This document shows, in pieces, positions 11,701 through 24,340 of a DNA stretch of 64,000 nucleotides; position 1 is the stretch's first letter; each line of letters opens with the position of its first letter. The position numbers were made by a program, and so were the translations under genes. The notes beneath the pieces were generated by a model. The model was not told the origin of the DNA. It saw only the letters and a list, made by a program, of their open reading frames with translations, and did not search any database. The DNA lies in assembly GCF_006345805.1 (NCBI RefSeq), contig NC_043004.1, positions 97,278,001 to 97,342,000 on the forward strand, written 5' to 3'. The DNA comes from Octopus sinensis. Taxonomy: Eukaryota.

Positions 11701-13514
11701 CAGGTTTTGCTTGATGTTCTCAAAGCCTATAACGAGGGGTTTGGCGGAATAAGTATCCTTAAATCCATGTCTAGATATATTTTAATCAATGACTTAATTA
11801 TTTTTCTAGTGTCGAATGACTGACGCTATAGGATACTTAGGGATAGATAAAAATATATCGTATGATAGAACCTGCAACAAAAGTCAAAGAAAACAGGATT
11901 CTCGTAACTTAAACGCTAAAAATACATCAATAGTAACAATATGTTTACTCATGATATCTGGGATATTCGATTGAATGCCGTTTATACGCCAAAATTATCA
12001 ACCCATATCATAAATTTGCTTCCTCTATATATATGTTTCCTCTACTTAAAACAAAAACAAAGCAGTGGGGGCTTAATATTGATTCAAGCAAAATTTATTC
12101 ACTGCATGATACTCCTTCAGCAATCACTGACCACAAAATAACGAAGTTTAGACTTAGGCGAAGTTTGTAATTCACATAAACTTTGGAAAGGAGCTTTTTC
12201 AGAAACTATTCCCTGATTGATAACCACGGATAAGCTTCCAGAGAAACCGCTTAAGCCTGTTGTAACAGATCATCAGATTAAAAGCGATACACACAAACAC
12301 ACACACATATGTACATGAAACGAAATTCCTTCTGGGTGAGATACAGTTATTTCGTTTTTATCAGTTCCAGTTGTGTCCGAAAAGGTCAGTTTATACACAA
12401 TTTCCGTTCATGATTTAACTCCATCTCGCCCAGAAGATATTTTATTTCATGGCGATTTTCACAACTCCAGCTGACCAAGACTGTATTCTTACCCCCATTT
12501 GTAAAGAGATTATGAGCCTCCGGCTTGCATGTCTCAGTAGTCGCCTATATTGCTAAGCGCATTATAGGTGCGCAACAAACGGTAACTTCCTGACCGGCCA
12601 TAACCAACGACTATATTTAATATTACTGCTCAATAGATCTGAGAGTGTACTTTATGGGGGACTTATGAGTAACTGACCGATTACATATTTATAGTGTAAT
12701 ATTTATATCTAACTGAACATGAACGTTTTATTAGATCACCGAATACAGAATTTTTAGCCTTGAGAGATCTTCTCATATAAACGCTTGGGGAATAAAAGCA
12801 TACACATAGCAGACGAGAATTATGTGTCATGGGCGTTGGAACTACTATATCACTTCATTTCATTCTACTGGAAATCATCGGTGGGGGGCGTCCGGTCACT
12901 GTATGCTAATCAAATCGCGCTGCTATGATATGATATATTGAATATCAGTATGTTTTCAGACACTGATGTCGCAAATAACCAGCAGGCTTATTAAAAATTA
13001 ATTGTTAGCGACGGAAGCAGTATTAATGTCAAAAGTTAATCTGTATTTCCAACTTAGAATGGATGTCGTTTTAGAAAACCCAAGCCCATGAGTGATGATT
13101 CTTGTCTGCTACGATTTTTTATGCACCAAGAGTCAACGTGAGGAAATCTCCCGAGGCTAATAACGCAGTATACCCTGTTCTAATAAGACATCCATGTTAT
13201 GTTGGCTATAAAGATTACCCTTTGGCGTTAATACTTCTGCCGGCGTTAATAATCTATATACATGTAAAACACCTCTTAGATTTACCCGCATCCTTGTCTA
13301 TTTTGTACCATCAGGTTGTTATTTCCTTCTGGATTTGAAAAGATATCCATCAAAGAGGGAACTAATACCTTGCTTGTTATTCCGAGATTGACAGCTCTGA
13401 TTATGGAAGTTGCTGTCACATAGAATCATTCACGCGATAGAGCAATACATGACCTTTAAATGATGTATATACATGTGCGTGTGTATTTATATTTGTATTG
13501 ACATATATGTGCAT

Positions 13515-13552
<38 letters not shown>

Positions 13553-14291
13553 GTATTCAGTTGAAGGTCATGCATGGCTTTATAGCCTGAACGCTTCTAA
13601 GTGACAGCAGCTTCGATAACCAAAGATGTCAATCTCGGACTAACAAGCAGAATATTAGTTCCATCTTTGATGGATATCTATGCAAATAAAGGAGCAGGAA
13701 ATAACCATAACCTGATGTATAAAATCGAAAAGGATGCAAGTAAATCTACTAGATGTTAAAACTGATACAGTCTTTCTGGAATTAACATCAATGACCTCAC
13801 CTTTCTTATCAGTAGAAGTGTGAAAATACCAGCACAGTATTACCTGCATATAAGGCACGGGGTCAAGGTCTAGGTCAGAACACTGTACAGTGAAATCTGT
13901 AGAAAGGTTAATTGTGACAATGTAAATGTAAGGAAATATTATATAAAGGATTATTATAAAAGATTACTGTAAAGGATTACTATAAAGCTCTAATTGAAAT
14001 GCAAGTATAAGAAACTCGATTTAATGATCTGAGACGGAGAAAAGAAATTCTACACATTAGTGTGAATACGTTACCCATCAAATGCTCAGGTAGTGTTGAC
14101 AATTTAGTGTAAAAGAAAATATCTATGCTGAAAGTAATGAGGAAACTGCCATTATTCAACCCACGCTATAGTATTGATAAGCAAGTACTAATCGTTGGAA
14201 ACTAGGCTTCTCAAAGTCAGAAACAACATGGCTACTTTGGAGATTATAGTTGCAGGCCATTAAATGCGCTGTGAAAATATTAAAACTTGAA

Positions 14292-14510
14292 AGCGGCGAG
14301 CTGGCAGAATCCTTAGCACACCGGGCGAAATGCTTAGCGGTGTTTCGTCTGCCGCTAAGTTCTGAGTTCAAATTCCGCCGAGGTTGACTTTGCCTTTCAT
14401 CCTTTCGGGGTCGATAAATTAAGTACCAGTTACGCACTGGGTTCGATGTAATCGTCTTAATCAGTTTGTCTGTCCTTGTTTGTCCCCTCTGTGTGGGCAG
14501 TAAAGAAATA
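14292..14510 (+). mobile_element. SINE-A monomer
   Basis: Head, body and tail present; 18 bp TSD aaaatattaaaacttgaa at 14274-14291 and 14511-14528. Confidence 0.92.
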
Positions 14511-14688
14511 AAAATATTAAAACTTGAAGACGTTTAAGCATGTATACACGTGTATAGATGTAGGCATATGTATCTGTGTGCATACAAAAATGAAAATACA
14601 TATCTACACATGCTATGGTATCCATGCTTGCATATTTATAAGTGTGAACTCATATTTATATGCTTGCATATTCCTATGCATACATGTA

Positions 14689-14906
14689 CGAGGGGTTGCT
14701 GAAATGTTCCTGGCTTTAAGGGTATTGAAAAAATGCCGGTTGGAGGCCCAAACTTCCGTGTTCTTTAACAGAGCTTAAAAAAAACTGAAGGGCCGCTGCT
14801 GTATGTGTGTGAATCAGAGAGGTGAATATGTTGAGTAAAATCGTAATTAACCGAACATCCTGTATTATTTTTTATGCCAAACCAGGAGCTTTTCAGCCCC
14901 ACCTCG
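14689..14906 (+). mobile_element. Mariner-type MITE (218 bp)
   Basis: TA-cgaggggttgctgaaatgttcctggc at the left end and accaggagcttttcagccccacctcg-TA at the right form TIRs with a TA TSD; it retains the transposase C-terminal end [10 protein letters not shown]. Confidence 0.85.
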
Positions 14907-14919
14907 TACTCATTCGCAC

Positions 14920-15194
14920 CTGCATATATAAAACATATAGAGATATTCATAGACATACAGCCACACGTACACCCACAAACACATACACACATATATATAT
15001 GTATATATATACATACACACACCACACATGGATAGATATATGTATGTTTATATATATGTATGTGTATGTGTGTATATATATACATATATATATGTGTATA
15101 TATGTATATATACACATATATATATACACATATACATGTATATGTATATATATATGTATATGTATGAATATATATATGTGTGTGTATATATATG

Positions 15195-15284
<90 letters not shown>

Positions 15285-15312
15285 TATGTATATTATATAT
15301 ATATATATGTAT

Positions 15313-15374
<62 letters not shown>

Positions 15375-15375
15375 C
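14920..15375. repeat. Long imperfect (TA)n/(TG)n tract
   Basis: Directly visible. Confidence 0.95.
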
Positions 15376-15849
15376 AGACAGACAGGGAGACACTGGTATA
15401 GCAGGCTGTACGCATGTGTACATGCGTGCGTGTAAAATAAAAATTTCAGTACATTGCATTCGCGTAGGCTTCAGATCTCTTTGTTGTAATCTGTGTTTAA
15501 CCTGCAGATGTGTCGTTTTGTGTGTTTAGGTGCAAATCATCTTGTTTTGTTCTGCACAATATATTCTGCACTGAGACGTTCAGCTTTCGCAGACATTGAA
15601 ACTCAGTCTTCTATTTTGGTGCATATTTTTAAATCTGCAAATATTATTCAGTGAAAATTTTCCCAACGGACATATTCTTGAAATGCTTAATGTTTAGGAA
15701 TTTACCTGAGGAATAATGAAAGTCTTTGCAAGAATATTTTCAAACTTTTCCTTCCAATGATTTTCCTTTGGATTATCTTTTCGCTGCAAACCATTGGGAG
15801 TGACAAATCTTAGGAATTATTCTGCCTTGGGATAAAGAAGCCAATAGTC

Positions 15850-16200
<351 letters not shown>

Positions 16201-16632
16201 TTATACATATACTTATTCTAACATGTGTTAACTTATATATGGATTTACTTATATAGTCTTATGTTGCAAGTGATTCTAATAAAAAGGAACTAAGTAACGT
16301 CATTCAGTATTATGCAATAAACGATTCAGTGTTTCTTAGGGAGTGTGATCAGTTTAAAAAGTTTTATTTCAACTTTCCTGTACTTGATACTCTTTGTTGA
16401 TTCTGTTGATGCTATTATTGTCATCTCTCATTTAGAATTGAATAGTTCTATTGAAAAAGATTCAAAGGATGCGATTTCTAACAATGTGAAAAGATTGGAA
16501 CGTCGATATTTTCTGTTTGTGTCTTGTTTATAGATGTCCACCTGTGATTGTATGGATGACGGCTCTGAACGTGTGTATAGGGAAGAATTTAAAGGACATA
16601 AACATGGATGTAGTATCTGATTATGGAGAGAT

Positions 16633-17067
16633 GGCGCAGGAGTGGCTGTGTGGTAAGTAGCTTGCTAACCAACCACATGGTTCTGGGTTCAGTCCTACTG
16701 CGTGGCATCTTGGGCAAGTGTCTTCTGCTATAGCCCCGGGCCGACCAATGCCTTGTGAGTGGATTTGGTAGACGGAAACTGAAAGAAGCCTGTCGTATAT
16801 ATGTATATATATATATATATGTGTGTGTTTGTGTGTCTGTGTTTGTCCCCCTAGCATTGCTTGACAACCGCTGCTGGTGTGTTTACGTCCCCGTAACTTA
16901 GCGGTTCGGCAAAAGAGACCGATAGAATAAGTACTGGGCTTACAAAGAATAAGTACCGGGGTCGATTTGCTCGACTAAAGGTGGTGCTCCAGCATGGCCG
17001 CAGTCAAATGACTGAAACAAGTAAAAGAGTAAAAGAGTAAAGAGTAAAAGAGTAAAGAGTAAAAGAG
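16633..17067 (+). mobile_element. SINE-B, full length
   Basis: ggcgcaggagtggctgtgtgg head, ttgggcaagtgt core, central microsatellite, (GTAAAAGA)n tail. Confidence 0.92.
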
Positions 17068-17224
17068 AGATAGTTCTTGTGTTCAAAATATTCTGTAGGC
17101 ATGCTTGTTGTGTAAACAGTTTATTCAGAAGAGGAAGACCACTTTAGGGTTTCTGAAATTGTCAAGCAGAAGGGTGGAAGTTATGCTCAGCCTAGACACC
17201 TAGCCCAAATTGCTGAAAATGACA

Positions 17225-17496
17225 TCGGCAGAATTTGAACTCAGATCGTAGCGGCAGACGAAATACCTATTTCTTTATTACCCACAAGGGGCTAAACATA
17301 GAGGGGACAAACAAGGACAGACATAGGTATTAAGTCGATTACATCTACCTCAGTGCGTAAGTGGTGATTAATTTATCGACCCCGAAAGGATGAAAGGTAA
17401 AGTCGACCTCGGCGGAATTTGAACTCACGACGTAACGCCAGACGAAATACCGCTACGCATTTCGCCCGGCGTGCTAACGTTTCTGCCAGCTCACCG
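17225..17496 (-). mobile_element. SINE-A with a partial second unit
   Basis: Reverse complement of head-body-tail, followed by about 45 nt of a repeated body. Confidence 0.88.
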
Positions 17497-17654
17497 ATGG
17501 AATAATCAACCATTAACAGCAACAACCTCTGCCATAAACTTCCACACAGTCTCCGCCTCCCTAACTTCACATATAAATATTTTCTTGACCTGAAGCCAAA
17601 TTAGAAACACTAGCCCAAGGTACAACACGATATATCCAACAGATATACATTATA

Positions 17655-18059
17655 GGCGCAGGAGTGGCTGTGTGGTAAATAGCTTGTTTACCAACCACAT
17701 GGTTCCGGGTTCAGTCCCACTGCATGGCACCTTATGCAAGTGTCTCCTACTATAGCCTCGGGCCGACCAAAGCCTTGTGAGTGGATTTGGTAGACGGAAA
17801 CTGAAAGAAGCCCGTCGTATATATGTATATATATATATATATGTGTGTGTTTGTGTGTCTGTGTTTGTCTCCCTAGCATTGCTTGACAACCGATGCTGGT
17901 GTGTTTATGTCCCCGTAACTTAGCGGTTTGGCAAAATAGACCGATAGAATAAGTACTGGGCTTACAAAGAATAAGTACCGGGGTCGATTTGCTCGACTAA
18001 AGGTGGTGCTCCAGCATGGCCGCAGTCAAATGACTGAAACAAGTAAAAGAGTAAAAGAG
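17655..18059 (+). mobile_element. SINE-B, full length
   Basis: Same architecture as the copy at 16633. Confidence 0.92.
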
Positions 18060-18215
18060 AGATGGTTCTTGTGTTCAAAATATTCTGTAGGCATGCTTGT
18101 TGTGTAAACAGTTTAATCAGAAGAGGAAGACCACTTTAGGGTTTCTGAAATTGTCAAGCAGAAGGGTGGAAGTTATGCTCAGCCTAGACACCCGGCCCAA
18201 ATTGCTGAAAATGAC

Positions 18216-18488
18216 ATCGGCAGAATTTGAACTCAGATCGTAGCGGCAGACGAAATACCTATTTCTTTATTACTCACAAGGGGCTAAACATAGAGGGGAC
18301 AAACAAGGACAGACATAGGTATTAAGTCGATTACATCGACCCCAGTGCGTAACTGGTACTTAATTTATCGACCCCGAAAGGATGAAAGGTAAAGTCGAAA
18401 TCGGCGGAATTTGAACTCACAACGTAACGCCAGACGAAATACCGCTTAGCGTTTCGCCCGGCGTGCTAACGTTTCTGCCAGCTCGCCG
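18216..18488 (-). mobile_element. SINE-A with a partial second unit (duplicated copy)
   Basis: Paralogue of 17225-17496. Confidence 0.88.
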
Positions 18489-18960
18489 ATGGATTAATCA
18501 ACCATTAACAGCAACAGCCTCTGCCATAAACTTCCACACAGTCTCTGCCTCCCTAACTTCCCACATAAATATATTCTTGACCTGAAGCCAAATTAGAAAC
18601 ACTAGCCCAAGGTACAACACGATATATCCAACAGATATACATTATAGTATATCATTGTGTAACAAACAAATAAAAATATGCTACTTTAGCTTGCTTTGCC
18701 TATATACGCAGATTAATACACATGTACAGCATAAACATCATGGTTATTTGGAATAACATCTATTTATGGGGAATTCCATACCCCATTCTACTTACTTTTC
18801 AACTATTCATCCAAAGTATTGAAAATTAAAAGAAATCACTCATTCCTTGGTCGGATGGAAAAAAAAACTGGAATTGTTGAAAATGGAAAACAATTATATA
18901 ATCCTTTACTATTTTTAGCATATGATCATCTACATATACATAGGTGTGTGTAGAATATGT

Positions 18961-19005
<45 letters not shown>

Positions 19006-19184
19006 CGAATACACACACGAACAAATATGCACATATGTACATGAACACATCTTATACACGCACATAAATCTATAAAATATGTTAGGAATAAACTTGTCTT
19101 TAAAAGCATTTTGCTCAATCATTTGAATCGAAAGTAAAGTTCTTGTATTCTTGTGCACATTTTTTTTTTTTTTTTGGTGTGCAG

Positions 19185-19467
19185 GAAGTAGTAGCTTAAG
19201 TCGAAGAAGTAAAGAAGAAAGAACGAAAGAAGAAGAAGAAAAGAAGAAGAAGAAGAAGAAGAAGAAGAAGAAGAAGAAGAAGAAGAAGAAGAAGAAGAAG
19301 AAGAAGAAGAAGAAGAAGAAGAAGAAGAAGAAGAAGAAGACAATGATGATGATGATGATGACAACGATGATGAAGATGATGAGGGAGAAGACGACGCTGA
19401 CGCTGATGGAGGAGGTTGAGCTCGAGAAGAATAACAACGTCTTCCTTGAGTTTGCTAATGCATTTTG
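19185..19467 (+). other. (GAA)n/(GAT)n tract bracketed by splice-like signals; candidate exon
   Basis: Poly-T tract plus ggtgtgcag before, gtgagt after; microsatellite certain, exon status speculative. Confidence 0.3.
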
Positions 19468-19839
19468 GTGAGTCAAGCTTAACTAATACGTTATTTTCTT
19501 TTTCTTTTCAAAGTATCAAGTCATCCAATAAGCTGCTTAGAAGGACGCTAAATAGCTGACTGGTGCCATATTGAATATTCTGTACTTCGATAATTCTTTG
19601 TAAACATTACTACTTCTCCTCAAAGGCCTCATGGATTGCAACCAAGAATGGTCTCTTTGTCAATGACATGGTGTTATTTTTAATTGTTTTTTTTTTAATT
19701 TTTTGCTTTGCTTCTTTCTTTGTCCTTTGCCTTGGAGTGGGTAGAATATAGAGGAGATTATTTTCTACTGAGCTAATATAGATATTTCATTTTATAGCTA
19801 CATAAATTTGGTAGGAAAATGTATATTGCAAAAGAACAT

Positions 19840-20066
19840 ACATGCATACACAAACACACACACACATGTGGGCAGACGCACACACACACACACATACACA
19901 CACACACACACAAACGCACTCACAAACACACACTCACACACACACACACGCCAATCCAAAGCTTGAAAGAGACATGCTTCTGTTTGATGTCTGCAAAACT
20001 TTAAGTCACACAGAATCGCATCGAACAGTTTAAAATTATACATACACACACAACACACACACACAC

Positions 20067-20160
<94 letters not shown>

Positions 20161-20165
20161 CATAT
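19840..20165. repeat. (CA)n and (TA)n microsatellites
   Basis: Directly visible. Confidence 0.9.
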
Positions 20166-20170
20166 ATATA

Positions 20171-20380
20171 TAACGGGAAGCTTTATGAAAATAAACAAAA
20201 GACGAAGGCAGGTGGAATACAAACAAACAATTGTATTAGTATGGCGCTTAGGAATATAAATAAAACAAGTCTTTTACGTTTCGAGCCTACGCTCTTCAAC
20301 AGAAAGATACACAGAAAAGAAACACGAAGAGAAACAAGGAGTGAAAAAAAGCGTGCAGAAGCTAGCGAATCAACATGGCG
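20171..20380 (-). mobile_element. Putative Penelope-like element terminal repeat
   Basis: About 200 bp segment between (TA)n tracts carrying a hammerhead-like motif; the PLE assignment is inferred from the known PLE-hammerhead association. Confidence 0.5.
20270..20307 (-). ncRNA. Minimal type I hammerhead ribozyme-like motif (A6U core variant)
   Basis: Minus strand TCTTT-CTGTTGA-A-GAGC GTAG GCTC-GAA-ACGT-A-AAAGA: 5 bp stem I, 4 bp stem II, palindromic stem III. Confidence 0.6.
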
Positions 20381-20864
20381 ATATATATATATAGACAAGT
20401 ATATATACTAATACAAATGTAATATAATAATTGTTTCATAAAGCCAAAACAGTAGCCTAGAAATGTACTCAATGCGGATATAGAGAATGACGTTTATCCT
20501 GGATGAAGGTCTTTTTGCAGATTATATATTGTAACAATAGTTACTGGTATGATAAAAGAATTTGATGAAGAATAAATTTTGTTGACTGAGAAGCACGTTA
20601 AATCAATCATAACGGTATCCAAATAAATGTATGTTTGTACTAAAGATGGGAGAATATTCATTAGTTTTTCTATAGCAAATAAATCAATTTATTACCTATT
20701 TTTCAACGGTTAAAACGGCATAGTTAGTTTATTCCTGGTTTGTGGGGTTACCTACATGCAAAAGCCTATTTTGATTCTTAGGGAGGAAACTTTAATAAAA
20801 GGTTTGTAATACGAGATTCAAAGAGAGCCTGTAAAAATCAGTAACACACAGCTTTTGTGTGTAT

Positions 20865-21080
20865 ACTCTTTACTCTTTTACTTGTTTCAGGCATTTGACT
20901 GCGGCCATGCAGGTGCACCGCCTTTAATCGAGCAACTCGACCTCGGGACTTATTCTTTTTGTAAGCTCAGTACTTATTCTATGCCGAACTTATTCTATGC
21001 CGAACCGCTACGTTACGGGGACATAAACACACCAGTATCGGTTGTCAAGCAATGCTAGGGGGACAAACACAGACACACAA

Positions 21081-21123
<43 letters not shown>

Positions 21124-21290
21124 ATACGACGGGCTTCTTTTCAGTTTCCGTCTACCAAATCCACTCACAAGGCTTTGGTCGGCCCGAGGCTATAGCAGAA
21201 GACACTTGCCCAAGGTGCCACGCAGTGGGACTGAACCCGGAACCATGTGGCTGGTAAACAAGCAACTTACCACACAGCCACTCCTGCGCC
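20865..21290 (-). mobile_element. SINE-B, full length
   Basis: Reverse complement of the B architecture. Confidence 0.92.
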
Positions 21291-21760
21291 TGTATCTAGA
21301 AATAATCATTAAATAATGCTTTAGATTTAATAAGAGAATATTTTTATTAATAAAATATATGCAATATTTAGTTGCAAATTTAAAATTTCCCTTTGTGAAT
21401 GATGGCTTGTATTTGAAGGGAAAGCATAAACGAAAACAGATGTTTTAGTTGGTAATACTTAGAACTTATGAAAAGGGTAAAATTTTATGTTTAGAAGACT
21501 TGTTGAGTTGACAGTTATACAATTGCATTATACATATATTTAAAGCGTATTTAGGAAGCCAAACATTTGTCTTATTTTAACAGAATGCTAAGTATATCCA
21601 TAATGATAGAACTACTTTATGTATCCACGAAACAAATATTGAATGCAAGTATATTAAGTGTAATGGGAAAATATTGTAGATATACAATGCTACACACAAT
21701 ATAGTAAAGTAATTATACAAACTAGATTTAGTTAGAAAATATTAAAGTTTATTCACTATG

Positions 21761-22158
21761 GGCGCAGGAGTGGCTGTGTGGTAAGTAGCTTGCTTACTAA
21801 CCACATGGTTCCGGGTTCAGTCCACTGCGTGGCACCTTGGGCAAGTGTCTTCTACTATAGCCTCGGGCCGACCAAAGCCTTGTGAGTGGATTTGGTAGAC
21901 GGAAACTGAAAGAAGCCTATCGTGTATATATATGCGTGTGTGTGTGTTTGTATGTCTGTGTTTGTCCCCCTAGCATTGCTTGACAATCGATGCTGGTGTG
22001 TTTATGTCCCCGTTACTTAGCGGTTCGGCAAAAGAGACCGATAGAATAAGTACTGGGCTTACAAAAGAATAAGTCCCGGGATCGAGTTGCTCGATTAAAA
22101 GGCGGTGCTCCAGCATGGCCGCAGTCAAATGACTGAAACAAGTAAAAGAGTTGAAGAG
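21761..22158 (+). mobile_element. SINE-B, full length
   Basis: B architecture. Confidence 0.92.
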
Positions 22159-22625
22159 TATACGTAAATCTTTTGAAACTACTATAGGAACAGTGACGCT
22201 TCACTTTCAAATTAGATATGGAAACTGAAGATGCAAAATACAAAATATATGATTAAATGGAAGATATTTGCGCTTTCAAACTATATAAGAAATAATGTGA
22301 AAAATGTCAACTTGTCATATTTCAATCCTACGGGTCTTACTCCTTAATCACTATTTAGAATTAGTGCTACATTACCAACACAGAATATCAAAAACTTTAT
22401 AGCATTTTAAAGATGTAAGCTATCGAAGTGGTTAATTATCCACAACGATAACTCCATTGACCTTTAATTCACAAATCCACCATATAAGACATTCACAAAA
22501 TCCTTACCCTACAAAATATTTTACAACCTCATTCTACCATGAGTATTCCCACTTCTTTACCTGTTAGTGTCACCATTCCATATTTCATAGTTTTCCGTTT
22601 CAAACCTTTAACAACCAAAGCAATA

Positions 22626-23506
22626 CAGAACCTCATCAATAAGTATCCGGACTGTTGTCATAGTAACGAAGCTAAAGCACACAGAATAAAGCCGTGTAGC
22701 AGAAATTGAGCTTCAACTCTGTTGTGCAGGCGCACTAAGTTTTAACGTTCTAGCACATTTCTACTTTTACAGATATGCTTGGAATGAAGGGGTTTCGCGT
22801 GTGATCGTCGCATTGACCTTCACAGAGAAAGTTGAGCAGAGAATCTGCATCAAATTTTACCAAGAGCTTGGCAATACCTGCTCAGAGGCCTACGCAAAGT
22901 TTTCAAAAAGTTTTCATCGTTCTTCACACAATCAAGGAGATCTTGTGCAATTAAAACCCGAGTGATTTTTTTGGTGAGCTGAAAGCAGTTCTGGCACAAA
23001 CTTGGCAGACAAGTGTCTCATACCCAAATCTTCAGTGATAATGGACTGAACTGAACCATGACTAATCTGCACATCCTTTGATAACTCACGGATGGTGATT
23101 CGACGATTTCCCCTCACAGCTGCAGGCACATCAGCGATGTCTTTCTCAGTTCTGCTGGTTGCAAGTCTCCCAGAACGTTCGTCATCATCGACATTTTTTC
23201 GGTCATCTTGGAAACGTCTGAATCACTCGTACATCTGTGTGTGGCTCATGCACTCTTCTCTATACATTTTATGCAACTTTGTATAGGCTTCTGAACAGGA
23301 ATCGGCATGATAACTTTCTCTGTCATGGTCAACGCTACACACATTACTTCCAGGCACTACTGTAAACAGTAGAAGTGAGCTAGAACATAAAAATTTAGTG
23401 TGCATGCACAATAGCGTTCAAGGACAATCTGTAGCAAGCAGCTTTGTTCTGCATATTTTGCTTCATTACAATGGCAGCAGTCTTGATACTTATTGATCAG
23501 ATCTCG
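22626..23506. mobile_element. Mariner derivative made of two inverted 5' ends
   Basis: TIRs (c..g..ctNatcaataagtatc..gactg) with TA on both sides. Plus strand encodes EKVEQRICIKFYQELGNTCSEAYAK; minus strand encodes SCSEAYTKLHKMY...RRITIRELS...HLSAKFVP...ENFLKTL. Confidence 0.85.
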
Positions 23507-23520
23507 TATTATACATTTCA

Positions 23521-23918
23521 GTGACGAGCTGGCAGAAACGTTAGCACGCCGGGCGAAATTCGTAGCCGTATTTCGTCTGCCGTTACGTTGTGAGTTCAAA
23601 TTCCGCCGAGGTCGACTTTGCCTTTCAACCTTTCGGGGTCGATAAATTAAGTACCAGTTACACACTGGGGTCGATGTAATCGACTTAATCCGTTTGTCTG
23701 TCCTTGTTTGTCTCCTCTATGTTTAGCCCCTTGTGGGTAGTAAAGAAATAGGCATTTCATCTGTCTTTAAGGTCTGAGTTCAAATTCCGCCGCGGTCGAC
23801 TTTGTCTTTCATCCTTTCCGGCTCAATAAAATAAGCACCTATTGAGTAGTGGTGTCGATGTAATCGACTAACTCCTTCCCCGAATATGCTGGCCTTGTAC
23901 CAAAATTCGAAATCAATA
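23521..23918 (+). mobile_element. SINE-A unit fused to an older SINE-A2 body and tail
   Basis: Young A head-body-tail, then ggcatttcatctg... diverged body ending in the A2 tail gctggccttgtaccaaaattcgaaatc. Confidence 0.8.
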
Positions 23919-24174
23919 TGGTACATTTCTGTAGTTTCCTTGCCTATCATCCTCAGTTTGGTATTTCATTACACTGTGTAACAAACATTTTATTCTTGTT
24001 CTTGTTTTTGGCCAGTATGTGTTATTTTCTTTTTGCTTCTATCTAGAAATCAAAGGAAATTACTATTATTCCCTCCAAACTTTACTTTTGTGACCTTCAC
24101 ATTAATGTTTTGAAACTGACCTATTTCAGACAGATTCAGCGCTGAGCTGCTGAAGCAGAAATATCGTTATAGGA

Positions 24175-24340
24175 GATACTCTGCGCAATACCCCGGATTT
24201 GTTTGTCACTTGCTTGACCTTAACCCCTTGAGCATATTCCTACGTTGCTGACAATTAGTGCATCTGTAATCATGAGCAGGAGGAGTATTGAAGCGGGAGC
24301 ATCATAGCCATGTGTTGAGAGGGATTCTTTGGGATTTGAA
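24175..24340. repeat. Fragment of unclassified repeat D (inverted relative to 57243-57751)
   Basis: gggagcatcatagccatgtgttgagagggattctttggg is the reverse complement of cccaaagaattcctctcaacacatggctatgatgctccc at about 57488. Confidence 0.75.

Larger units (their letters stand above)
16633..18647. repeat. Tandem duplication of about 1 kb (units about 16633-17654 and 17655-18647)
   Basis: Each unit is SINE-B, unique segment, inverted SINE-A, unique segment ending ccaacagatatacattata. Confidence 0.9.

Noticed and set aside
14765-15529. Long ORFs rich in YI/CV/HT (also at 8183, 33625-34226, 44913 and others)
   Set aside because: They are translations of (TA)n, (TG)n and (CA)n microsatellites, which lack stop codons.
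16589-16867. Recurrent ORFs starting MSSNARGTNT, MLGGQTQT or MRNWYLIYRP
   Set aside because: They are incidental frames within SINE-A and SINE-B copies, not a gene family.
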